Of a stretch of 64,000 nt of DNA, positions 25,988 to 40,200 are shown in pieces. Origin of the DNA: Chlorokybus atmophyticus (lineage: Eukaryota; Plantae; Mesostigma and Chlorokybus algae); the NCBI GenBank assembly GCA_009103225.1, contig RHPI01002491.1, forward strand, positions 1-64,000, in the 5' to 3' direction. Position 1 is the stretch's first letter, and the number at the start of each line of letters is the position of its first letter. Under the pieces are notes generated by a model, which did not search any database, was not told the origin of the DNA, and worked only from the letters and a program-made list of their open reading frames with translations. Position numbers and translations under genes: made by a program.

Positions 25988-28900
25988 CTACTGCACAGTC
26001 TTCGCTCTGGTCTTGAAAAACGCTGTGAGTCTGGCTTGAGCCTCTCCAAACCCATTCTTGACATGCACAAGGCTGTCTCGGATCCAACCTGGGAGTTTTG
26101 CAGACGGTCCCTCTTCGCAAGTGTATCGCGCGTCCAACAGCAGGATAGCGGCATAATCCCCTTTATGCCTGATTGCTCGCCCTATTGACTGGTTCACTGC
26201 TTTCATGCACAGGTCCTCGTAGTACTCCCGGCCTGCGCGCTTCTTGTTTGCCGGTACTGTACATGCATCGCCTATGAGTTCCTTCCTGCATAAACCATGT
26301 CTTGTTGGTCACAACAGGCACTGCTACAAGCGTGTTACACCAACAGTGCTGCAATTGCTAAGATGAATGCTGCTGCTGTAGTAGTAGGTCCCTTACCCAC
26401 TGTGCTTGACATTTGACTCGCACACATTAAGATACCGCATGCGTTCCTGTAGTTCTGGGTCTGAAGGGTTGGCATACGGGAGGCCCACCACAATGATGCA
26501 CCTGCCAGGAGCGGTGTTTGCAAGCGCTACATGACAACACAGCGGTGATAGCAGAAAGCACACATACCTGCCGAAGTCATCACTGAAGTTGATGCCCTCA
26601 GACATTTTCCCGCCAACCACGCACATGAGCAAGGCACCCGTGCCTTGCGCTTTGCTGCCGATTGTGCTTGTTTGTTGCTCGCGGCATGCAACTATCCACT
26701 CCCTGTACTCCTGCAACAACGATTCCACCTCAGCTGCTGCCCTTGGCTCCCGGAATACCTGCATGATGTCTGTGAGTTGTTTGTCATGCAGCTGAGTGTG
26801 CAAGGGGACTCTCTACCTTTTTGTTGGCGGATATGGAGGTGAGGATGTTGCGCTTCAGCCAGAAATTGTACATTGCATCCGCATAAGCAAAGCTGGGGAA
26901 GAACACGATTACACCTCCTGGACACACCCGGCTCGCATTGACTACCACCCTCCCGACTTCCTCCATCTGCATTTTGCCAGCATGGCCATCTCGTACATGG
27001 ATGTAAGCGTACAAAGCAAAACTGTCTATGACAGTACAACATACCTGCCGCGGGTCTTCGCGAGTGGTGTACGACAGCTCCAGCCTGCCCCCTCCAGGTC
27101 CCTTCCCAAGCGCCAGCACCAGCAGACTCTCCTTGCCCACAACATGTCCGCAGGAGAAGTGCAGCAAGCGCGACGGCGGCACTTGTGCAAAGAGTTGGGA
27201 TATAAGGTGGGATACCTGATGTCAAGGCATGGTCAGTCAAGAGTACAGAAAAACACACATAATGTCAAATACTCGCAACTTGCTGTACTTACAGGTGAAA
27301 GAGTCCCACCAGCGAGCAGCACCGCTCTGGCCTGTTCTACAATTTCTTTGAACTTCCTGCCAGCGTTGAGCATGACAAAGCGAATGCTGCCCGTGGCTTG
27401 TTCCCGTTTGACAACAACACGCCCATCAGCATCCGCGGAGGTGAGGGCGGAGATAAGGCTGCTCAATGTTTGTAGGGATGAAAGGGCAGAAGAGGTGGCC
27501 TATGGGCCACACGCAAGTTACAAGTGTGTTGTATATCATGGCACTATGTGCAAGCAGACGGGTGCAATAATGCCCCACCTGCTGTCTGCTGGGTGTGCAG
27601 GAGTTGTCCGCCTCAGCCGTTTGTAAACTGAACGCGTCTGCATAGCCGCTGAGCTTCTCCAGAATGTTGCTTTCCGCTAAGTAACGCTGCGCATGGCACA
27701 GTCAGAGAACATTGCTGTTGGCTGCACATGTGCATCACATCTGCAGAGCATGAACCTGTACCTGCAACTTGAAGAGGTTGATGTTGTCCACGGCAGCGTC
27801 AAAAGTGAACTCGTTGACTGTCCTTACAACGGTGCTGCCATCCTTGTGCTTGCCGTTGCCATCAACGGCCGTTGCAGCATCACCACCCAATAGATGCATG
27901 AGAGCTGTTACAACCTGCAGTAGACTCTGCAGGTGGCGGAGATTGCCTGCTGCCAGCCGCACACGAAACTTGTCAACATACGCCTGAACGCAGTTGGCTG
28001 CCACCGTTGCCTGCAGGCAACATTGTAACAACATTGTGAAAGACTGGTTCTGTAGATTTTTGAACACTGACCAAGCAACACTACTGACCTGTTCCAGTGT
28101 CATGCTCGTCGAGTGGATCTCATTCACGGCGTCAACAAGGTTATGCCCCTCATCGATCACGACAACAGAGTCCTTCAGCTCAGCCCCAAGTGCTTCTCTT
28201 GCTGGCTTGGAAATAATGGATGCGTACGGCACAACTACCAGCTCCGCGTTCGGAAGCGCAGCACGAGTCGCATAGTATGGACAGGCCTTCCTGAAGCAGG
28301 TCAGTTTAGATATTGTGTTGTGAATGTAATTTGACTCGCGTGCATTTGAAGTGATACCATTTGCGGCCGAGCTGGACAAGATCTTCAATGTCCATGGGCG
28401 TACTCTTCCAGTGCACACATACATGTCAGCCAGTGCGCTAGCAAGCTTCTAACATCCATGAGCAGCAAACAGATACTGTAAGTACCAGTACGGCATCCGA
28501 CAGTTGTTGTACAGCATGCCGCCTGCCAGTCAAGTAAGGGCAGCCGCATGCACTGCTCTTTCTCTTTCTACTGCCTTCGGTGGAGATATTGTCTCTGCCG
28601 GCCTCGCGTGCAGCTGCCAAGGACTGCATGATTACGCATATGACGCACTTTGCAAATGCTGCGCATAACAGTACAGGTGCATGCGCATACCTTTGCTGGT
28701 GGTTTTGGCGTTCTTCTGCAACTGCAAACATGCCTCATTGACGCGCGAGGCGCTTGAAAGCTGTGCCACATCCGGTTTGATGCAGAGAGTTTTGCGAGCG
28801 CCGAGAGCGGTTGTGCGTACAAATTGCATGTTATCAGTGGTGTTAGTGCGATGCGCAGTGCTCTCACTGCCCACAGCACCTCCTGCGTAGTTTCCAAAGG

Positions 28901-30273
28901 GCGTGCGTTTGAGCTCGCCTATGAATTGAGAAAGCTGCGAATGTGTGCGACTGCAGAAGTACACCTGCAATGGTACTTGTGAAGTCAGAACTTTGGAAGA
29001 CACGAGTGTTGTAACTTGTATCAAGACTATGCCCTCCACATGCAGTTGCTAGCAACACAAACCTTGGGCGTGCCCTCTTCCTTGGCCTCCTCTTCAACTG
29101 TGCTAAGGTCACTCTCATCACTGCTACTCTCAAAGCCATCGTCCATTGCTCGCCGCTTACTACTTGCTTTTGCACTCTCTGCATCGCTGTCCCATTCCTC
29201 TGGAAGGTGTTCAGCGTCACTGTCGCTGGCAGCCTTGCCATCAACAGACACTCTTTGGGCACGGGATGTCTTGTGTTGTGATGACCGCGCTCCATCCTGT
29301 ATACCCATAGACATGAAGCCGTTATGTGTGCGAAACCAAACATGCCAGCATGCTGTGTGCTGCAGTAGACATCTCCCACAAATACTGCCATACCACCTTA
29401 CAGCGAGCACTCTGCATAGCTCATACATATCTGTCTCGTACTGACCATGAAATCCGCAACACTGCTCCCCTTCCTTGCTCCTCTCTGTTGTATTTGCTTT
29501 ATCGCTTGCCTGGCTGCAGCGAGGCGCGCCTGCCAGTGCTCAGCAGTCTGGAGCCTTCTCTCTCTTCGCTTGCGCTTGTCATTGGTTGTGCCGCTTAGCC
29601 AGTCTGGTTCTGCCCTTGTCAGGTACGTTAGGTTGCACACACCAACCAATGACAACACACGACAGAACCACTGTGTGCAAGGCGCAATTACCTGCATCGC
29701 TTGTTGATGGCGCGTTGTCGTTGTTCTTCAAGCTGCCGTCGTCCAATACCTGTCGTTGATCGACAAGCCACTGCAGGACGCTGCAGATCAGGCTGAGAGT
29801 TTTGCCCTGCGAGCAACGGTGCCACAGCGGTGATCCAATGCACATATAACAGTAAGTAGTAGTACTACATAACATTGCTTGAACTGCCTATAACAGTAAA
29901 CTTTGATTGGCCTGCATGCACAGGTTGATACAACATTGCTGCGCTGAATTGACACAAGTCAGTCGTTGTCTAAGCACTCATGACCATCTGTAGTCACTCC
30001 GAGCACCGCAAGCATGCTGACACAACAGGCAATGGTGACTTGGATACACATACAATCTACGTGCACTGCAAAGCAAGCATCTACGAGACGCACAGTGCCG
30101 GTGGGAGACTCCAGCAGCGCCACTCCTCCCCTCTGGAGCGTCTCGTACGCTGCGCGCATGAGCCCCAGCTGAATGTCGTATGGCGCCTCGTAGGGAAACG
30201 CCGGAAACGTCTCCCTCATCACATCTCGCACAGCCTTGCCCTGCGCCTCCGCCGCCTCCGTCGCCGCCGCCAT
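25988..30273 (-). CDS. DDX11: DDX11/Chl1 (XPD-family Fe-S) DNA helicase, multi-exon
   Basis: FPYEAPYDIQ..LLESPTG(T)GKTLSLIC; YFCSRTHSQLSQF; CPYY; VVIDEGHNL; LLAGGTLSP; VVGGKMSEGINFSDD; VNQSIGRAIRHKGDYA. Confidence 0.93.
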
Positions 30274-30413
30274 GCTCTGGTCGATGCTGCTCACCTGCAC
30301 CAGCAAGGCACACCAGGCGCTCTGTCTGTGCCGCAGTTTCCCGCCAAGTCCCATATGCGCTCCTAGCCCGGTCTCAACACCAAAGTCCTACTCACGGATT
30401 TTCAGAAAACGGG

Positions 30414-30423
30414 TTTAGGGTTT
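30414..30423. promoter_or_regulatory. Telo-box-like motif (TTTAGGGTTT) in the short divergent intergenic region between DDX11 and MTR4
   Basis: Matches the plant AAACCCTAA telo-box; function is inferred only. Confidence 0.35.
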
Positions 30424-30518
30424 CAGGCGGTAATAGGGTGTCTGCGGCAGGCCGGGTGGCGGCGGCGGTGGCGGCGGCGACGGTCGTGGAGGTACTTGGA
30501 GCAGTTCTATAGGAGCAG

Positions 30519-33500
30519 ATGAAAAGGGCGCACGCTGAGACGGTCGCTGGTGACGGTGCTGCACAATTGGAGGTTGCTGCCGAAGTCAACGGAGGTGAAG
30601 CCAAGCGCTTGCAGGTTGACGATCAGGGTGGAGCTCTTGAACAGCAGGTGGCGCCCGTGAGCGAAGGAGCGAAGACATGCTTGCATCAAGTAAGCAGCAT
30701 CCCGTTGTCTAGAGTGGTACAGTCACACGATTCCTGTGTGCCTGACAATGCAGTAAGCGTAGTGCATGCATGACATGCACTGTGCTTACGGCACTCGCAT
30801 GCATACACCTTTGTTTAACTATGTTATGTTGTTCAGACATCATATCCGGAGGGTTATTTAGCTGCTGTTGATAAGCCCATCCCCCTCAAACCTGCTAAAA
30901 CCTACCCTTTCACACTCGACCCGTTTCAGGTACGTGGTTGTCTCTATTTGCTATTAATTAGCTGTATGTAAATCTGGTCTCAGTTTCAGGTACGTGGTTG
31001 TGTCTATTTGCTATTAATTCTGTATGTACAGCTGTATGTACAGCTGGTCTCAAGCTTCTGGTCACCTTCATCAATGCGAGCTTACCAGTGCATGTATTGT
31101 TTTGACTCGAGTAGTGCAATCTACAGTGGGAAGGTCGTTGTTGAGTGGGACTGCTGGTTCTGCTCTGCTCTCAAATGAGTGTTTCTTATCAGTCCACAGC
31201 CATATCATGTCTAGAGAAGGGCGAGAGCGTTCTTGTATCAGCCCATACCAGTGCGGGGAAGACTGTTGTTGCCGAGTATGCCATTGCGATGTCACTGCGC
31301 GACAACCAAAGATGCGTCTACACATCACCAATAAAGGCGTTGTCAAACCAGAAGTACAGGTATGTTAGTTCCACATTCCCGGCCTCTGCATGTTGATGGG
31401 CAATGCAGGCCAGGCTGCAAAATTGTCAATTGTTGAAATGACGGTTGATTTGTGCAGAGAGCTGTACGAGGAGTTCTCAGATGTAGGATTGATGACCGGA
31501 GACGTCACAATCAATCCCAACGCATCTGTTTTGGTTATGACTACCGAGATTTTACGGTCCATGCTGTACCGTGGCTCAGAAGTCATTAGAGAAGTTGCGT
31601 GGATCATCTTTGATGAGGTAATTGCAGGTGTTTTGTGTTGCATTGTGGGATTTGGCACACAATTATTCACTGCACAAACAGCGTTGTCGTGGGCGGTCTG
31701 TAACAGTCTGGAACACGATCGCGTCGCTGCTTGTACTCTTGACGGCTATGCAAGGTCTTCACCACCAGACATTCTTGTGCCGGCAGGTTCACTACATGCG
31801 TGACAAGGAGCGTGGTGTTGTCTGGGAAGAGTCTATACTGTTGGTCCCGGACAATGCGCGTCTTGTCTTTCTTTCTGCTACTGTGCCAAACGCAAAAGAG
31901 TTTGCGGATTGGTGCGCCAAGATCCATAGGCAGCCGTGCCATATCGTATACACAGATTTCCGACCTACACCTTTGCAGGTAAAACACAGCGTGCCACATC
32001 TTGGTGATATCACTGCCTCCTACATTGCATGCACACAAGCATGGCGGTTTGAACCACCTTGTCATAGCATGACATCTGTGGCACTGACATGTCCTTTCAA
32101 CAGCACTACATTTTCCCAGCCGGTGGCGATGGGATATTCTTGGTTGTGGACGAGAAGTCCAAGTTCAGGGAGGACAACTTTCAGAAGGCTGTGGACATGC
32201 TGTCGGCAGCAAGCCAGGTATAAAGCTAGGCTTCTGGGTGCAGTTGTTTTCTTTGCCTTGAAGCGTTACTACGTAGTGCATTCTGGTGCGCATGCATTTC
32301 GTTTGAGCTGCTACATTGCTTATGCTGTCCTTTGGTGACTGAAGTGTAGTATATGCACACAATGTTTGTTGCTTTTGCGTTTGATTACCATGTCCTTCAA
32401 ATATAGCACTGGACATTCCAGTGATACGTGGTGACCACACAGGCTGATGCAGACAAGAAGTCCAAGAAGGACAAGTCTACAAGCGGTCCTAGTGACGTTT
32501 ACAAGCTCGTGCGCATGGTCATGGCCAAGAATTACGATCCCTGTATTATATTCAGCTTTAGCAAGCGGGAGTGCGAAGCTCTTGCCCTTCAGATGGCTAA
32601 GCTTGACCTCAACGATGACGAAGAGAAGAAGTTGGTGGAAGGCATATACAACAATGCAATTGATTCTCTCAGCGATGACGACAAACGACTGCCGCAGGTG
32701 CTGTGTGGTCGCAATTGCCGTAACATACTATGTTCATGTGGCAGAACGCAAGAGCATGTGATGCTGTTTGGGTCTGTCCGTGTGCCGTTAAGTGACCTGA
32801 CATGCACCTAGCGTGCTAGAGCACAAAGCAGGAAGTATCCATCCAGTTGACCTTTTGTGTTTGCTGCACGCAGGTGACAGCAATGCTGCCTCTCTTGCGG
32901 CGCGGCATCGGCATGCACCACTCTGGGTTGTTGCCCATTATCAAAGAGGTCATTGAGATATTGTTCCAGGTAACGGTTGTGGCGATCCATGTTCGTTGCT
33001 TTGTTACTGGATTAGCATTGAGTGACCTGAAGAAGTTGAACGCTCGAGTTGCATGCACATTGCAGGAAGGCTTGTTGAAGGCTCTTTTCGCCACCGAGAC
33101 TTTCAGCATAGGCCTGAACATGCCGGCCAAGACTGTCGTCTTCACATCTGTCCGCAAGTTTGATGGTGAGGGCTTTCGTTGGGTATCATCTGGCGAGTAC
33201 ATTCAGGTACACTTCGTACCACGCATGCAGTCACGTGCTGTTATGCACATCACACATTATCATAATGTTCAACATTGTGCGTCTGCATTGTTTGTCCAAC
33301 AGATGAGTGGAAGGGCAGGTCGAAGAGGTTTAGATGACAGGGGAGTTGTCATTCTTATGGTGGATGAGCGGATGGAGCCCAGCGTGGCAAAGGGCATGCT
33401 GAAGGGGCGAGCTGACACGCTCGACTCCAGTATGCGCCTGTCGTACTCCACCCTTCTCAACATGCTGCGTGTGGAAGACGCTTCGCCGGAGTCTCTGCTG

Positions 33501-35805
33501 CAGAAAAGCTACAAGCAGTTTCAGGCCGACAAGTCCCTGCCAGATCTAAGGGTATGCGGGTGGGTGTTGCCGTACATACTTTTGCAAGTAGGTGTGCTGA
33601 TGTTGTTGTGCGCACAAACAGAGAAAGGTAGAGGATCTTGAGGCCCAGCGGGCAGCGATCGAGATCGAAGATGAGGCCGAGCTGGAAGAGTTCTATTCGC
33701 TGCGGCGACAACTAACCGAGCTGCGTGCTGAGATGCGGCAACAGGTACGCATTGCTTCATGATGTCTCGAGTGGAAAGCAATGTATGGAGTCTGTACGCT
33801 TGCTGTGAAAGCGGGTGTTCTGACATTGTTGTTAACTGCAATACAGGTTTTTGCGGCAGATAAGGCACTACCCTTCCTGCAGCCTGGCCGCCTTGCGCGC
33901 ATCCTTTTCACCCATGATGATGCTGAAGCACCCAACGTCAGCACGAACTTGGAGGCGGAACCTGGTGCTTGGGGAGTGATTATCAATTTTGAGACCGTGA
34001 ACACCAAGGGTGGGTGTCACAGGCATGCATGACATGTGGTGTTCGTAAGCACAAGATTTGAACCATACTGGGCTCATGTCTGTCTGTGTTTAGATGGCGC
34101 CAGTTACATGGTTGATGTCCTCGCGCAATGCCGCAAGGTGGCAAGCACAACGCGAGGGAGCGGCGGTGCTGTAATGCGTCCGTGCGATCCGTCTGAAGAG
34201 GGCTGCGAACCAGCTGTCTTGTCTTTCTCACCAACCGGTCTCGACTATCTTTCATCTTTGCGCGTGCACATACCCAAGGACCTAAGGTGTGGTTATTGTC
34301 ACTGACATAAGCTTTGGTTTGTAGTATTGCACTTGCATAGCCTGCCATGGAGATTTCTGCAAGTGATTGATGGTTGGTTGCTGCTGTGTTCCAGGCCCCT
34401 TGAGAACAGAGAGCGTGTTGCCAAAACACTTCTGGAAGTACAGAAGCGCTTCCCCGCAGGTGTGCCAAAGCTTGATGCTGAAGACGACATGCAGGTAACG
34501 TTTTGTTTGGGTTGCTGCATCATACAACTGCCCTATCTTTAGTGCTTTGCTGGTCGTGTAGCTGACATGCAGGTAGCAGTTGTCATGCGTTCCAGAAAAT
34601 AATGGGTTCACCATCATGGCAGGTTGACAGCAGCATGTACAAGAAACTTGTGCGGCGCATTGAAACGCTGGAAGGCATGCTGCGCAAGCATGCACAGATG
34701 AAGCGGCCAGACCTAGCTGACTCACTTCAGCTCATGACCCAAAAGGCCCAGCTGGCGACTGAGGTAAAACGACTGAAAGCGGAAGAAAAGGCTGCTCGCT
34801 CGATGGTGCTGAAGTCGGAACTGAAAGCAAGGCGGAGAGTGTTGAGGAGGTTGGGGTACATTGATGAAGATGGAGTTGTGCAGGTGAGCTTGTTGTGTTG
34901 GTTGTCATCGAGCGGTATGGGTGATATTCTTGTTGTACTCTGCCATCGAGACCAGCAATCACCAAGCTTTAAACTGGCAATCCGCTTTAACTTTGGCTTT
35001 GCCTGTCACTCTAGTAACAAAACCTTCACAAGGCTTTCTACTTTGCAGGTTAAGGGTCGTGTAGCTTGTGAGATATCTTCTGGCGATGAGTTGGTGTTGA
35101 CAGAGATGATTTTTAATGGCACTTTTAACGAGCTCACCCCAGATGAGGCAGTGGCACTGTGCTCCTGTTTTGTCTGGTCGGAGAAGGTTAGCACTGGAGC
35201 CAAACTCAAGGAGCAGCTGGCCAGAGCACTAGGCGTGTTGCAAGACACTGTGCGGCGAGTGGGGAAGGTGAGGCAACGTGTGCATTGCAAGCCACTGACA
35301 ACAGTGTCGTTGTAGGCATCTGTGGAGTGCATGCCGGCGTGGTGAATTGGGGTCGACCGCATTGTCGCACAGATTGTGCGCTTGTGAGAGTTCTGATATT
35401 ATCACTCAACCTCTGTGGCCAACCTCGTTTCTTGTTTTGCAGGTGGCTGTTGAGTGCAAGATGGAGTTAGATGTGGAAGAGTATACAAACTCTTTCCGGC
35501 CTGACCTCATGGAGGTGGTGTATGCGTGGGCTAGAGGGGCCAAGTTTGCAGAGGTATTGACAGTGTACACAACTGCTGACAGGTGGGTCATGCGCAAGCC
35601 TAATTGTCATGCTGCACAGGTGTTGAAGCTGTGTGAGGTGTTTGAGGGCAGCCTCATACGCGCACTGCGCCGTCTGGAGGAGCTACTCCGGCAGATATGT
35701 GCCGCAGCTCGTTCCATTGGCGAAACAGACCTGGAAGCCAAGTTTGAGGATGGCATCAAGAGGATTAAACGCGACATTGTCTTTGCTGCGTCTCTGTATC
35801 TGTGA
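30519..35805 (+). CDS. MTR4: MTR4 (Ski2-like DExH) nuclear exosome RNA helicase, multi-exon
   Basis: [52 protein letters not shown] (MTR4-type rather than HEN2-type), [12 protein letters not shown], arch domain, C-terminal [12 protein letters not shown]. Confidence 0.95.
30924..31052 (+). repeat. 60-bp tandem duplication of an MTR4 exon end plus 5' splice site
   Basis: TTTCAGGTACGTGGTTGT(C/G)TCTATTTGCTATTAATT at 30924 and 30984. Confidence 0.9.
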
Positions 35806-36591
35806 GTGGTACTGGCTTGTGTGGCTAGGCGAAAGTATCGACAGTCTCATGGAACGAGGACAGCCCTCAATTCTCTCGACAAGAGCCCCCACAAGGTAAA
35901 GAGCTACTGCTATGCTTGTATATGCTTGTAAGTATTTTTGATCAGACCTGTGTTGCTAACTTATGCTGTTAAAGGAAGCATTCTCCATATTGATACAGCA
36001 TTCTGGGGTTCATGCAGCAATCGTGGGCTTTTGCAGAGGCTGCTCAGAAGACCCGTCAACATAAGTTGACAAAGCCTAAGACACAACGTGGAGGACATTA
36101 GGTACAATAACTTCGGTAGTTTGAATTGATCTCTGCAGGTGTGGCACTGGACATCAGTCCGTCAGCATGGCTTGTTGGACTGCAGGGTTGGTAGGTGTGG
36201 TCAGTTGCTCACTTAAGGTGGCACATGTGGGCCTTGTCGGCCAACCTTTCTTTGTAACCAAAACCTGCATGTGGACTTGGCTGCCGGTCTGACAGACAAC
36301 TTTTGCTGCATATTGATAATGCATGTAGTGTCGTGCATATCAACAGTACCGCACAACAACTGGTGTGATATTGCAGACATGCCACATGCAGTTAGACTTC
36401 TGTTGCAGTCACACTGTGGTCCTTGCATATGCATGCGCTTCAGTCGCACTTATGCTCGCACGTTATGGTGCAATAATGATGATACACTAGTATGCAACAT
36501 CGCCACACCAAGCTACGTACTGTCATCCCTGCCTATCACTGCACAAGCATACTCACACGCATGCCAGCGGCATGCAAGCACGCCTACACAA

Positions 36592-36995
36592 CTACACTGC
36601 CACTTCCGCCAGCACAGCGTCCGCTTCCGCCGTTGGCGCCGCCGTCTGGACCGGACCCCAGCCTGGTACCGCCGCTACGACTGCCGCCCCCCGCTCCAGG
36701 ATGGTGATACCCTGGGCACGCTGCAACGCGCATGACACGCGCTGCCGGTACAGAGCCAAGTAGCCCGACAGCCTGCTCAACGGCAGGTCACGTGTAGCCA
36801 GTGCCCTCCTAGCGCATGTGTCGATGACGTCGTGAAAACTCTGGCCCAGGGTGCCGTGCGTCTCGGCGGCGAGGGGATGAAATGTGTCGGCGGCGGGGCG
36901 ATCGTGGTATTTCCGCCGCTTCGCCTGCTCCGCCGCCTTCGCTGCGCCTCCCGGTTGCGCGCCGCATGCGGTGATCGTGACATCCAAGAGCATGC
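36592..36995 (-). mobile_element. 3' end of a CRE-like non-LTR retrotransposon (C-terminal half of the restriction-like endonuclease)
   Basis: LLDVTITACGAQPGGAAKAAEQAKRRKYHD..TFHPLAAETHGTLG matches the DVT..AA..E..K..KY..F.P...ET.G pattern of RLE-bearing CRE elements. Confidence 0.8.
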
Positions 36996-37284
36996 TGTAA
37001 TGTCGGCAGTCACTATAACGGTGGCATCTCACATGCATATAGCAAGCCACACTGAGCAGGTGATAATAAGCAAGACTGAATTAATGGAATAGAAAGGGCC
37101 CGCTTAAATAGGGCACATGTGTGGCGTGTAGCTAGTACAAGCTTATGAGAAACAAAACATGCTATTGGCTAATGCAATATCTACTGTGCATTCTATTGAG
37201 GCGCGTGACCGCGCTGGCTGACCAAGAGCATGTTGATAATGCGGCGCTAATCATGATACTGATAATAAGCATTGCGCCGCTACA
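36996..37284 (-). repeat. Family A 3' LTR (289 bp, TG...CA)
   Basis: On the minus strand it starts TGTAGCGG and ends CATTACA; it matches 42139-42219. Confidence 0.92.
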
Positions 37285-37295
37285 TTACCCTCTCC

Positions 37296-40200
37296 TTAAA
37301 AAGGAGAGCTACGCTCGAAATAAGGCGTCATGTTAGAAACATGTTGGATGTTACTTGTCTTCCTTGCATTTGGTGTATAGTCCCTCCTCTCAAGTTTATA
37401 TGTGTTGGGGCGGATGCGTTCCAACACTATATAAGGACCGGACCATCTGGGCTTCAGTTTTGCCGTGTGATGAATGACCCCATCGTAGCCATACTTGCGC
37501 TTCTTGGAAGTCATGCGCACGGTCTTCACAAGGACCTGGTCACCCACGTTGTACTCCACCATCTTGTGGCGAGCGTCATGATTTTTCTTCTGGCGTTTTT
37601 GTGCCGTACGTAGGTTGTCAGCTGCTACCTCCCGCAAAATGGGCAACTCCTGTGTGAGTTGGCGGTACCAAGTAGTACCATCAATGGCCGGGCTGAATGA
37701 GGGCAACTGGGCCTGTGGCGGCAGCTGGGCTTCTCGGCCATACAACAGGCGAAAAGGCGTATGACCGGTGGAGGCGTGAATAGAGGTGTTGTAGGCAAAG
37801 GTCACAGCCCCCAGAATTGAGTCCCAATTGTTATTAAACTCGTTGATGTACTTGGAAATTGTCCGTTTGAGCGTTCTGTTCATACGCTCCACCAGGCCGT
37901 CCGTTTGAGGGTGGTACGGTGAGGTGAAGGTTTGTGCGATGCCGAGGGCACTGGCAACGCGCGCCATCACATCACCGGTAAAATATGAGCCACAGTCTGA
38001 CAGGATCTTCTTAGGGCAGCCGTGGCGCTTAATGATGGCAAGCAGAAAGGATGCCACGGTGTCAGCATTGACAGCCGCAATGGGTGCCGTCTCCGTCCAG
38101 CGTGTCACGTACTCCGAGCATACGATGATGTACTGATTGCCGGATGCTGATATTGGTAGAGGACCGGTGATGTCCCAGGCCAACAAATCGAACGGTTCTG
38201 TAACAGTGATGGGCTGCAGTAATCCCGCAGCCTTGCTGTGGGCATCATTGTGACGCTGACAGGTGTCACATAATGTCACAAAATTGTGCACGTCCCCCGC
38301 GGAGGCTGTGCCAAAAGTACAACGAGCGCACGCGCTCCAGTGTCATGTGAAACCCTAAATGGCCCATCAGTGGGTCATCATGACAAGCTGCTAAATAAAG
38401 GGATTTGTAACGCGTCGGAATGACGAGGCGCGGCTCTGATCCTGCGACGCGCGCGCACAGCAGATCGCCTGTACACAGCGCGCCGTGTACCGAGTACGAG
38501 ATCAAGGTGCCACTGAGGACGGTACCTGCGACGTCAGCTTCCAGGATATCGCGGACTTTAGATATCGCAGAGTCCGATATCTGGGCCTCGCGTAACTCGG
38601 TTACGCTGGGCAGGGCTGGCCTGGTCGGACTGGGCCAGGAAGTCGGCGGCGGTGTGGTCTGTGGCGTTGAGGGTGAGGGCAACGGCGGCGGCGGAGGTGA
38701 TGTTGCAAGCTTGTCCTGTAGATCTTGAAGAGTAGAAGATGACTGGCGTGGTTGTAGCACCGGAGACGTTGTATTTTGTCTAATCTCAGCTGGAATACGC
38801 TGAGGGGTAGTGCTTGGGGCGGCCTTGTAGAGCAGTGCAGGCAGCTGCACAGGAGCGGCAGTGGTGTCGCTGGCGCTGTGGTTGTCTTCGTAGGGTTCAG
38901 TAGGGTTGTAAGAACCAGCAGAAACGTCCTAGTAGGGCTCAACAATGAAGGATGAGTAAACAGGGGGTGAACTTGCAGTGCGTGCAGTCTGCACAGTTCC
39001 CTCATACGATGCTGTCTGCTGCCGCTGTGCGCTGCTGTTGCTGGTTGCTGATGCTGAACGTGTGATGCTGCTGCGTGTTCAACGTGGTGGTGGTGGTATC
39101 TCTAACACCACGCGTGCGGCTTGAACATCATCAACGGGTGCGCGCGAAAGCGCATCAACATCACCACACAATGTACCCGGGCGGTGCGAGATAGTGTAGG
39201 TGTATGCTTGCAAGGATAGCACCCACCGAGCAATGCGACCTTTAGGTTTTAGGTGCTTCGTACGCAAGAGTTGCACCAATGCGCTATGGTCGGTCTCGAG
39301 TTGCACGTCCGCACCATGTAGGTAAGGATGAAGCTTGTTGAACGCCCACACCACCGCGAGACACTCAAGCTCCGTTGTGGTGTAGTTCTTCTTCGCGGAT
39401 GTCAACGAGCGCTATGCGAACAACAATGGCGCAAGAGTATTATAGCAACACAAGCCCGAGCCCATAGTTGCTTGCATCCGTGCGCAATACAAAGCTTGAT
39501 GAGAAGTCAGGGAAGTGAAGCAGCGGTGCCGAAGCCAGTGCTGTCTTCAACTGATCGAATGCCTTCTGACAATTCTCTGTCCACTCAAAGCTAACGTCCT
39601 TGCACACGAGAGCACGCAGTGGCGCTGATACGGTAGCAAAGCCATGGACAAAACGCGCATAGAATGCACACATGCCAAGGAACCGACGTACAGCCTGAAC
39701 ATCATGAGGCTGAGGGTACTCACTGATGGCGCTGGTCTTGTCAGGGTCAGCGCGCAGGCCCTCAGATGACACGATAAAGCCTAAGAACCGTAAAAAGGAG
39801 ACAGCGAACAGGCACTTAGGTTCCTTCAGTACGATGCCTGCTGCTGTGAGCCGCTCAAACACCTGTCGCAGATGAGTAGCGTCCTCCTCTTCGTCTTTAG
39901 AACACACAAGAATGTCGTCGAGGTAGACAAATACGAAGGGCAGGTCACGTAGAATACTGTGCATCAGACGTTGAAACGTCGCTGGCGCGTTGCACAAGCC
40001 AAAAGGCATGACAGTCCATTCGTATAGACGAGATTCCGTTTGAAACGCTGTCTTTGCACGGCTCTCAGCGTGCATACGGACCTGCCAGAACCCAGAGGCA
40101 GCGTCCATCTTTGAGAATACGTTGTACCCTTGCAGTCTGTCAAACATGGAATCTATGTTCGGCAGTGGGTACTTGTCCTTTACTGTTACGTCATTCAGTG

